The notes under the pieces: model-generated
Told to the model about the DNA's origin: nothing
Seen by the model: only the letters and a program-made list of their open reading frames with translations
Database searches by the model: none
Made by a program: the position numbers and the translations under genes
In this document: one piece after another, positions 56,126-64,000 of the stretch
How positions within the stretch are numbered: the stretch's first letter is position 1
Layout of the letters: the number at the start of each line of letters is the position of its first letter
DNA from: a bacterium
Lineage (GTDB): Bacteria > Patescibacteriota > Patescibacteriia > UBA9934
Assembly (NCBI GenBank): GCA_027592325.1
Contig: JAQCKO010000003.1
Span: forward strand, 941 to 64,940
Reading direction: 5' to 3'
DNA length: 64,000 nucleotides

Positions 56126-57253
56126 ATGACTTCATACCAGAAACGTTCGGTCACCATCGCTCTGATTACGTTTGTTTCCATCATTGCGTTGATTTACCTG
56201 CTATCAACTCTTTCAAAACCGCAATTAGACGATACACGCGTCAATGGCCTTCTTCCAGAAGTGACGTTTGTAGGTACCACCGGATATCGTATTCCACCGC
56301 AGCTCATGTATGCTAACGGACTTGAACCGGAAGACGATCCGACGCTTATACATCCAGCGATGCTTACGACATATGCAGCTGATAGCTATCTTGATGATAC
56401 CGTTCAGGGGATAGTCGTTGAATATGCATCCGGAGCACGATTCTACCCGTACCAAATCATGAACTACCACAGTGTGATTATGGATGAGGTGGACGGTGGA
56501 CGCTATGCGATTACGCACAGTAATTTGTGCCTATCTGACAATGTCTTTGATGTCAGTAATGAAGATGACGGTTACACGCTTGAGTCCTCTGGCATGGTGT
56601 ATGAGAATAACATCCTTTTGCGCGATAATATTTCAAATGCGCTCTGGAGTCAGTTACGCGGTGAGGTACTTGTTGGTGACGAAGCAGATTTTGATCGTCA
56701 ATTGATCGACTATCCGTCGCTTACTATGACTTGGGAGAATTTTAAGGCAACATACCCATCTGGTCTTGCCGTTTCGAATGAAACAGAATTTGTGCGTGAT
56801 TATAGCCGCCATCCATTGGGAGCTTACGATACGAACGAATTTATCTACTTCCCGGTAACGGATATCGATACCCGTGTTCCATACAAATGGCCGCTTGAAG
56901 GAATATCTGTTAATGATGTCCAAACCGCCTTTCCGTATCGCATAATGATCGGTATTGGTGCCGCGAATGAAGATATAAATGGACTACCTATCGCAGCATT
57001 CTACGACCCTGAACTTGACCTCGTCCGAATTTTTGACCGTGCACTCGAAGATGGCACCGTTCTCACCTTCTCATACGATTTCGTCACGAAGGAATTCCGT
57101 GACAATGACACCAATTCACTTTGGTCACCGGAAGGACTCGGGCTTAGTGGGGAATACGAAGGGGTACAGTTAACACGTCTCGAATCAGCACAGTCATTTT
57201 GGCTCTGTTGGTCAAATCATTACCCTGAAACAGGAGTTTCAAAATTAGATTAA
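56126..57253 (+). CDS. DUF3179-family membrane-anchored protein
   Basis: IP..P, YP..I...H.V..D, SG.VYENN..L.D....LWSQ and FW..W...YPET motifs. Confidence 0.75.
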   Translation: MTSYQKRSVTIALITFVSIIALIYLLSTLSKPQLDDTRVNGLLPEVTFVGTTGYRIPPQLMYANGLEPEDDPTLIHPAMLTTYAADSYLDDTVQGIVVEYASGARFYPYQIMNYHSVIMDEVDGGRYAITHSNLCLSDNVFDVSNEDDGYTLESSGMVYENNILLRDNISNALWSQLRGEVLVGDEADFDRQLIDYPSLTMTWENFKATYPSGLAVSNETEFVRDYSRHPLGAYDTNEFIYFPVTDIDTRVPYKWPLEGISVNDVQTAFPYRIMIGIGAANEDINGLPIAAFYDPELDLVRIFDRALEDGTVLTFSYDFVTKEFRDNDTNSLWSPEGLGLSGEYEGVQLTRLESAQSFWLCWSNHYPETGVSKLD

Positions 57254-57393
57254 TCCAGCTACCTTCTCCGTAATTCTGAGCGAGCTTAGCAAGTCGAAGT
57301 AACCATCAATCCAAAGAGTTTCTTCAGCTCTGGCCATTGACTTTTGTTCCCGGCGGATCCGGGCACGAAGGCCGAAAATTGTAACACAATAAC

Positions 57394-58053
57394 ATGTCTG
57401 AGCTCTTCATCATCGCAACGCCCATAGGCAATATTGCCGACCTTTCTCATCGAGCAATCGAAACCATGAAACGGGTTGACATTCTCCTTTGCGAAGATAA
57501 TCGTATAACAGGTAGCCTTCTTCATAAGCTCGGTATTAAGGTAGAAACGACATCGATTCATCAGCATAGCGATGACGCGCAGATCCGCGAACTTCTCAGC
57601 TTGTATAAGACTATTGGCTATGTGAGCGATGCTGGAACGCCTGGCGTAGCAGATCCTGGTGGAAAAGTGGTACAGATAGCGCGCGAACAAAACTTCAAGA
57701 TTAGTCCCATTCCTGGTCCGTCGGCACTAACGGCAGCCCTGAGCATTGCGGGTTTTCCTACGGACCGATTTCTCTTTATGGGGTTTCCTCCTCAAAAAAA
57801 GGGTCGCACAGCCTACTTTCAAGATATTGCTGCATCCGATCGGGCCGTCGGACTCTACGAATCAAAGCATCGCATAGAAAAAACATTGTCAGAACTTCCG
57901 CAAAATCGCTATATGCTTGCAGGACGCGAGTTAACCAAGCTTCACGAATCAATTTACACCGGCACCGCTCCTGAAATCATTCAACAACTGAACGCATCGA
58001 GCTCGAAAGGCGAATTCGTGCTTATTCTTGCGCCAAAACATTGGACTATATGA
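57394..58053 (+). CDS. rsmI: 16S rRNA C1402 2'-O-methyltransferase
   Basis: ATPIGN..D.S.RA, SDAGTP..DPG, PGPSA and RELTKLHE motifs. Confidence 0.93.
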   Translation: MSELFIIATPIGNIADLSHRAIETMKRVDILLCEDNRITGSLLHKLGIKVETTSIHQHSDDAQIRELLSLYKTIGYVSDAGTPGVADPGGKVVQIAREQNFKISPIPGPSALTAALSIAGFPTDRFLFMGFPPQKKGRTAYFQDIAASDRAVGLYESKHRIEKTLSELPQNRYMLAGRELTKLHESIYTGTAPEIIQQLNASSSKGEFVLILAPKHWTI

Positions 58054-59483
58054 AGCATTACATTACAACAACGCTCCCTTACGTTAATGCAAAGCCGCAT
58101 ATTGGATTTGCGCTTGAAATTGTGCAGGCTGATGCTATTGCGAGATTTTGGCGCATGAGCGCACATGAGATCATATTCAACACAGGAACAGACGAGCATG
58201 GGCAAAAAATATACGAGATGGCTCTTGCCGCAGGTAAAGATCCAAAAGAGTATGTTGATGTGTTCGCGGCAAAATTTGATGAACTAAAAGGGGCGTTGAA
58301 TCTGAGTTATACGCACTTCATACAAACAAGTAGTGAAAAACACCGTACGGCCGCGCAAGCCTTTTGGAGGGCCTGCAAGGAAAATGGTGATATTTATAAA
58401 GACCGATATCAGACAAAATATTGTGTTGGCTGTGAGCTTGAAAAAACGGATTCAGAGCTGAATGCCGACGCGCGATGTCCATTGCATCCGAATCGCGATC
58501 TTGAGCTACGTGATGAAGAAAATTACTTTTTCCGATTCTCAAAGTATCAGCAGCCTCTCATAGAGTTTTACAACGCAAATCCTCATTTTGTTCAGCCACC
58601 ACATAGGCAAAAAGAAATTCACACCTTTGTTGAGGCAGGGCTAAAGGATTTCAGTATCTCTCGAGTAAAAGCGAAAATGCCTTGGGGGGTTCCCGTGCCT
58701 GGCGATGAAGAACATGTAATGTACGTGTGGTTTGATGCCCTCGTGAATTATATTTCAACGCTTGGATGGGGAAGTGATGATGCATCTGAATTTGATGCAT
58801 ATTGGCCAGGTGTGCAGGTTGCAGGAAAAGATAATCTCCGTCAGCAATCGGCGATGTGGCAGGCAATGCTCATGTCAGCGAACGTCGCAAACTCGAAGCA
58901 AGTGTTCATTCATGGATTCATTACAGCAAATGGACAAAAAATGAGTAAATCGCTAGGGAATGTTGTCGATCCATTCGAACTTGTAAACGAATACGGAACT
59001 GATGCCGTGCGTTATTATCTGCTACGTGAACTACCTTCCGCAGAAGACGGGGACTATTCGACCGATCGTATGAACCTTCGTTACGCTGAGCTCGCCAATC
59101 AATTAGGGAATTTGGTGAGCCGCGTTGCAGCGATGAGCAATACCTATTTCGATGGCATCCTCGACAAGCCGAAGGTCAGCTGGCTGAAACAAAATGCCGA
59201 GCTTGAAGATATGATCGTGCGTTATCAATTCAAGGCATATGCTGATTATGTCTTCGCTGCGGTAGCTAAAGCGAATGAGATTATCGATAAAGAAGAACCG
59301 TTTAAAACGGTGAAAACTGATCCTCATGCAGCAAAGAAAACCCTCAGCGATGTCGCTGAAATCATTCGCTGGGTAGGAAAGGCACTTCAGCCGATTATTC
59401 CAGAGGCCGGAGAAGAAATCATGCGGCGATACGGCGGAGAAAAGATTCTGATTGGAGAGGCATTATTCCCGAGAAGGGATTAA
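58050..59483 (+). CDS. metG: Methionyl-tRNA synthetase
   Basis: YVNAKPHIG, GTDEHG, YVWFDAL and KMSKS motifs. Confidence 0.95.
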   Translation: MKHYITTTLPYVNAKPHIGFALEIVQADAIARFWRMSAHEIIFNTGTDEHGQKIYEMALAAGKDPKEYVDVFAAKFDELKGALNLSYTHFIQTSSEKHRTAAQAFWRACKENGDIYKDRYQTKYCVGCELEKTDSELNADARCPLHPNRDLELRDEENYFFRFSKYQQPLIEFYNANPHFVQPPHRQKEIHTFVEAGLKDFSISRVKAKMPWGVPVPGDEEHVMYVWFDALVNYISTLGWGSDDASEFDAYWPGVQVAGKDNLRQQSAMWQAMLMSANVANSKQVFIHGFITANGQKMSKSLGNVVDPFELVNEYGTDAVRYYLLRELPSAEDGDYSTDRMNLRYAELANQLGNLVSRVAAMSNTYFDGILDKPKVSWLKQNAELEDMIVRYQFKAYADYVFAAVAKANEIIDKEEPFKTVKTDPHAAKKTLSDVAEIIRWVGKALQPIIPEAGEEIMRRYGGEKILIGEALFPRRD

Positions 59484-59535
59484 CCTAAACCTACTTCGGC
59501 TGTAGTGCTTGAACCAATCCTGATACAATACCCCT

Positions 59536-60018
59536 ATGTCCACATTCGATCTCATCCTCATTGGCGTCCTCATTGCCTTCACCGCGTATGGCTTTGTTCA
59601 AGGGTTCATTAAGACCCTTGGGGGTATTGTTGGGCTGATTGTCGGATTTGTTGTTGCTGGGATTCTCCTTGGCTTCTTGCAAGTTCAATATGACATACTC
59701 GCGCAACCAGTTGTATCAACGATTGCCTTTTTGATCATCAGCTTAGTCCTCAGTAAAATCATTAGTTGGCTCTTTGGCATCCTTGAGGGTCTCAAGAATA
59801 TGGCGAAAATCATCCCTTTTGTTGGGCTGACAAATCAGATACTTGGAGGCATTCTCGGTCTGCTCGAAGCAGCATTACTGATCATGGGTGCGGGATTCGT
59901 CATGACGCGCGTGCTTCCCGATGGGCCGATAAAAGATTTTGCCTTCGAATCTGAAGTTCTGGATTTCTTTGAATTCGGTTACGGCATGATTGGCGCAATT
60001 ATTCCAAAACTTTTCTGA
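59536..60018 (+). CDS. cvpA: CvpA (colicin V production) family membrane protein
   Basis: D......GF..GF and N.ILGGILG in a four-TM protein. Confidence 0.8.
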   Translation: MSTFDLILIGVLIAFTAYGFVQGFIKTLGGIVGLIVGFVVAGILLGFLQVQYDILAQPVVSTIAFLIISLVLSKIISWLFGILEGLKNMAKIIPFVGLTNQILGGILGLLEAALLIMGAGFVMTRVLPDGPIKDFAFESEVLDFFEFGYGMIGAIIPKLF

Positions 60019-60019
60019 T

Positions 60020-60871
60020 ATGCAATTTATCGATACCCATTGTCACGTTCATTTTGAGGCGTATAAGACGGATATGGACGACGTTGTGCAGCGCGCGCTT
60101 GATGGTGGTGTTCAGATGATTACGGTTGGAACGCAAACAACAACGAGTAAAAACGGGATTCTCCTTGCAGAACGATACGAAGGAGTTTGGGCGACTATTG
60201 GACTTCATCCGAATCATGTTCACAAACAAGCCTTTTTTGACGAAAACGAATTACCCGCTGAAAAACAACCGACAGACGAAATTAAAACGCGATCAGAAAC
60301 CTTCGATGAATCTTACTATCGCGAGCTGGTTGCACATCCAAAAGTCGTGGCCATAGGTGAATTTGGCCTCGATTACTATCGACTTCCTGAAGGGCAAGGC
60401 CCTGAACAGCTTATCGACGATCAAAAACGTGAAGCAAAAAAGCAAATTGAGTTTGCTAGCCAATTCAATAAACCAGTCGTAATACATTGCCGCGATGCTC
60501 ACGCAGATCAATTCGCGCTCTTAAAAGCCGAAATCGATCAAGGTGGACTCACGCGCCGAGGCGTTGTCCATTGTTTTACGGGGACCGCAGAAGATGCAGA
60601 ACGGTATGCATCAATTGGATTTAAAACATCGATTACCGGTATTGTGACGTTCTCAAAAGAACTGCAAGCCGTCGTGAAGGACATCCCGCTTGAACAGATA
60701 ATGATTGAAACGGACAGTCCATACCTCACACCAGCACCGAATAGAGGCAAACGGAATGAACCACTTTATGTGAAGGATGTTGCAAAAGTCATCGCTGACT
60801 TAAAGGGCGTGAGCCTTGAAGAAGTTGCAGAGCGCACAACTGAGACAGCAAAAGGGTTGTTTCTCATCTAA
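60020..60871 (+). CDS. tatD: TatD-family nuclease
   Basis: DTHCH, GLHP, GEFGLDY, HCR, HCF and ETDSPYL motifs. Confidence 0.93.
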   Translation: MQFIDTHCHVHFEAYKTDMDDVVQRALDGGVQMITVGTQTTTSKNGILLAERYEGVWATIGLHPNHVHKQAFFDENELPAEKQPTDEIKTRSETFDESYYRELVAHPKVVAIGEFGLDYYRLPEGQGPEQLIDDQKREAKKQIEFASQFNKPVVIHCRDAHADQFALLKAEIDQGGLTRRGVVHCFTGTAEDAERYASIGFKTSITGIVTFSKELQAVVKDIPLEQIMIETDSPYLTPAPNRGKRNEPLYVKDVAKVIADLKGVSLEEVAERTTETAKGLFLI

Positions 60872-63690
60872 TGTCACATCTCCTCGAAAACCTGAACGAA
60901 GAGCAAAAAAGCGCCGTTATACATCGTAGCGGGCCTTTAATGATTGTGGCCGGTGCTGGAACGGGGAAGACGACCGTCATAACACGACGCATCGCGTGGC
61001 TAATTGAAGAAGGCCTTGCAAAGCCGCATGAAATTCTGGCACTTACCTTTACCGAAAAAGCGGCAAGTGAGATGGAAGAGCGTGTCGATAAACTGCTCCC
61101 AATTGGAATGATAGATGTTTTCATTGCGACATTTCATGGATTTTGTGATCGCCTGCTTCGCGAGTATGCGCTCGATATTGGACTTTCTCCGAATTACCGA
61201 CTACTCACAGAAATGGATAGCTTACACCTTCTTCGTAAATACGAAGAGAGGTTTGCGTTCAATCTCTATAAACCCCGCAGCCGGCCATCGTCCTTTTACA
61301 AATCATTCTTGAATTATATTTCGAAAATCAAGGACTTTGCACAAAAGCCACAGGAGCTTCTTGAAGCCTTGCGTGCAGAAACACTATTTCCTGATGAAGC
61401 AGAACGCGAATTGCACGAGAAAGAACGAGAACTGCTAGAAGCCTTCCAAACCTTCGAGAATATTCTTCTTGAAGAGGCGGCGATGGACTTTGGAAATTTA
61501 ATCTCCACAATGATTGAGCTTCTTAAAACACGCCCGAGCGTGAGGAAAGAGCTTCAGAATCGGTTCAAATATATTCTTGTTGATGAATTTCAAGACACAA
61601 ACCCCGCACAGTACGAACTTGTCAAACTATTGGTAGACGAGGAACAAAATATCACAGTGGTAGGAGATGACGATCAGTCGATTTACGCTTTTCGGGGAGC
61701 CTCACTTCAAAATATCCTCACATTTCGTGCCGATTTTCCGTCCTCGAGGCAGATTGTTCTCACAATGAATTATCGCAGCAAACAAGAAGTCCTTGATCAT
61801 TCATATACACTGATTTCACAAAATAACCCGCATAGACTCGAGGCACGCGAACATCTTTCAAAGGAATTATTCGCACACAATAAAACGGGTGGGCATGTAT
61901 TGCATCATCATTTTGCCACCGAAGAAGATGAAGTTGAGTTCACGCTGCGCACAATTTTAGAGAAAAAACATGACGGAGGACAGTGGGGCGATATGGCCAT
62001 TTTAGTGCGTGCAAATGCCCATGCAAAAGCGTTCGTTGACGGTTGTGAACGTACTGGGATTCCATACAAGTTCCATGCACTCGAGGGACTATATACCGAG
62101 CCAACCGTGCTTGACACGCTAGCTTGGCTTCATGTCATTCACCAGCCGCATGAAAGTACATACTTGTACCGGGTTCTTCGCATGCACACAGAAATCGACC
62201 CTGATGTAATTGCACGGCTGAGTTTAGAAGCACAAAAATCGGCACGCTCACTTTATGATGTTCTTATTGAGACCACTTCAGAAGCGATACAAGACCTGAC
62301 ATCCACCATTCAAGAACTTCAGATGTTTGCAAGCCAGCGTGCAACCAGTGAAGTCTTTGTCGAAACAGTAAAACGCACCGGCGTACTTGGCCGCATTCGG
62401 CTACTACCAGAAATCGAACAACAACGCGAATTTGATTTACTGAATCAGCTGTATAAACGCATGACGCGTTTTGAACAAATAACTGATGACAAGTCGTTGC
62501 GATGTTTTCTTGACGAGCTTCGTTACGAGCGCGATAGCGGGGAAGAAGGACCACTCCAAGGTGATGTTGAATTAGGGCCAGATGCTGTGCAGATTATGAC
62601 TGTACATGGATCGAAAGGTCTTGAATTCGACATTATTTTCCTTCCAAGTTTGGTCGAACAGCGGTTTCCTGGAACAAAGCGTCGCGATCCACTCCCACTT
62701 CCGAAGGCGATTAACGATGCTATACAGTTACACGACGATCATCACATTCATGAAGAACGGAGACTCTTTTATGTTGCTCTAACACGCGCAAAGAAAGGTG
62801 CATATCTTCTCTCATCAGATACTTACGGTGGAAAACGAAAACGAAAGCCCTCACGATTTCTCGCTGAAATGGACACCACGCCAATCATCGAATCTAGAAC
62901 GCGTGATGGCATCAAGGAAGCCACTGCCATTGAGGCCCCTACATCAACCTTCTCTTCAGAACCACCAAAGACCTTTTCTTTTACACAGATTGCCGCCTAT
63001 GGTAGCTGCCCGCTCCAGTATAAATTTGCGCATTTGTTGCGTATTCCAGTCTTTGGCAGTCCGCACCTAAGTTTCGGAAAAAGCCTTCACAATACGCTAC
63101 ATCAATACCTAGAGCGCTACCGACAATCTGGCGAACTTGGGTCACGAGATGAACTTCATGCGATATTTGAAGAAGAATGGATGGATGAATGGTATGAACA
63201 TGCAACTGCGCGTCAGGAAGCCAAACAGAAGGGAATAGCGATTATCAATGAATATTATGCCATCATCAAAACGTCGCCTCCGAAAATTTTACATCTTGAG
63301 CTTGCATTTAAGCTTTCCATTGGCGGTATTCAAATGAAGGGACGGATCGATCGAATTGACCAAATCGAAGACGGTGTAGAAATTATCGATTATAAAACAG
63401 GCACCCCAAAAATGCGGCTTGATTGGGACGCAAAACGCCAACTGATTCTTTATAACATCGCTGCGGAAGAAGCGCTCAGACCTCCGCTTCCCGTGAAGAA
63501 ATTGACGTATCACTACCTCGATGATCACAGCACTGTCAGTATTGAGCCAAAAGCAGCTGATGTAAAAAGACTCAAACAAGAAATTATGGACACAGCGAAG
63601 GCAATTACAGGAGGAAATTTTGAACCTTCTCCTGGATTTCACTGCCAATTTTGTGATTTTCGTGATATTTGTGAATTTCGCCAAGTATGA
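60871..63690 (+). CDS. UvrD/PcrA-like SF1 helicase fused to a PD-(D/E)xK nuclease (AdnAB/AddA-like)
   Basis: AGAGTGKT, DEFQD, GDDDQSIY, TVHGSKGLEF and EERRLFYVA; C-terminal CP..GRIDRID..IIDYKTG..QL..Y..CQFC.....C. Confidence 0.9.
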   Translation: MSHLLENLNEEQKSAVIHRSGPLMIVAGAGTGKTTVITRRIAWLIEEGLAKPHEILALTFTEKAASEMEERVDKLLPIGMIDVFIATFHGFCDRLLREYALDIGLSPNYRLLTEMDSLHLLRKYEERFAFNLYKPRSRPSSFYKSFLNYISKIKDFAQKPQELLEALRAETLFPDEAERELHEKERELLEAFQTFENILLEEAAMDFGNLISTMIELLKTRPSVRKELQNRFKYILVDEFQDTNPAQYELVKLLVDEEQNITVVGDDDQSIYAFRGASLQNILTFRADFPSSRQIVLTMNYRSKQEVLDHSYTLISQNNPHRLEAREHLSKELFAHNKTGGHVLHHHFATEEDEVEFTLRTILEKKHDGGQWGDMAILVRANAHAKAFVDGCERTGIPYKFHALEGLYTEPTVLDTLAWLHVIHQPHESTYLYRVLRMHTEIDPDVIARLSLEAQKSARSLYDVLIETTSEAIQDLTSTIQELQMFASQRATSEVFVETVKRTGVLGRIRLLPEIEQQREFDLLNQLYKRMTRFEQITDDKSLRCFLDELRYERDSGEEGPLQGDVELGPDAVQIMTVHGSKGLEFDIIFLPSLVEQRFPGTKRRDPLPLPKAINDAIQLHDDHHIHEERRLFYVALTRAKKGAYLLSSDTYGGKRKRKPSRFLAEMDTTPIIESRTRDGIKEATAIEAPTSTFSSEPPKTFSFTQIAAYGSCPLQYKFAHLLRIPVFGSPHLSFGKSLHNTLHQYLERYRQSGELGSRDELHAIFEEEWMDEWYEHATARQEAKQKGIAIINEYYAIIKTSPPKILHLELAFKLSIGGIQMKGRIDRIDQIEDGVEIIDYKTGTPKMRLDWDAKRQLILYNIAAEEALRPPLPVKKLTYHYLDDHSTVSIEPKAADVKRLKQEIMDTAKAITGGNFEPSPGFHCQFCDFRDICEFRQV

Positions 63691-64000
63691 GACAAGAATT
63701 CATCGAAAAACCAAAGCGATTTCAGCGTCGGATGCAAAAACACGCAACGAATGCAAATGACCTTGCACATGCATTTTTAAAACGCCACGGCATTAAGGAA
63801 CAGGTTGAATCGTCACAATTGGTGAAACTCGCAAGTACATGGCTTTACGACCATGTGGACCAAGGATTACGCGCTGATATGCGGGTTATATCGTATCAAT
63901 CAGGAATTCTCACAGTTGCCGGTCGCCATGCCGGAGCGATGCATTATCTTGAATCAATTCGTGCATCACTCTACGACAATCTTGTACAGCAAGCCCCAGA
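63687..64000 (+). CDS. DciA/DUF721-like protein (runs off the window end)
   Basis: ATG overlaps the helicase stop; open to the end of the window; W......MRVISYQSGILTV pattern. Confidence 0.55.
   Translation, partial: MRQEFIEKPKRFQRRMQKHATNANDLAHAFLKRHGIKEQVESSQLVKLASTWLYDHVDQGLRADMRVISYQSGILTVAGRHAGAMHYLESIRASLYDNLVQQAP

Noticed and set aside
220-63684. Numerous short ORFs nested in or antisense to recognised genes
   Set aside because: Shadow frames of well-supported CDSs with no independent evidence
1-64000. Alternative genetic code (TGA=Gly, as in Gracilibacteria)
   Set aside because: Conserved genes are full length under table 11 and several end at TGA in ATGA overlaps

Overview
Bacterial chromosomal window, translation table 11. 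It most likely comes from a CPR/Patescibacteria (Parcubacteria/ABY1-like) organism. That is an inference from the compact housekeeping genes, near-leaderless TGnTAnnnT-N6-10-ATG starts and CPR-type surface-protein repeats. The flanks (1-7 kb, 23-64 kb) are mostly housekeeping and stress genes: nrdBA with tandem NrdR boxes, grx, xth, htrA, a copper operon, class I aldolase, two ABC-F ATPases, tdk, mscL, a DEAD-box helicase, truB, mutY, pepA, bcp/ahpC, rsmI, metG, tatD and a UvrD-nuclease fusion. The main discovery is a ~16-kb integron-like cassette array directly behind tRNA-Asn(GTT) (7062-23040). Thirteen same-orientation ~29-bp sites plus one exact 21-bp copy of the tRNA 3' end separate mostly single, co-oriented cargo genes. 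The sites read GTTC..N..CGGAGCCA, and the core equals the tRNA 3' end. Each site is followed by a hairpin and often by an inverted tRNA T-arm-like motif. Read antisense, most sites encode W-L-R-x-x-D/E-x-x-R-T. A large-serine-recombinase-like C-terminal remnant runs into the tRNA copy in the same register. Left and right halves of the junctions are re-assorted at the GGAGCCA core, which points to site-specific cassette shuffling without an integron integrase. Other notable items are a schizorhodopsin-like rhodopsin with an F-S-T helix-C motif, a decayed MutS7-like fragment, a 6S-RNA-like structured RNA, an unlisted 43-aa basic ORF with a near-consensus promoter, and several pseudogenes. All family assignments are from motif recognition by eye, not database searches.
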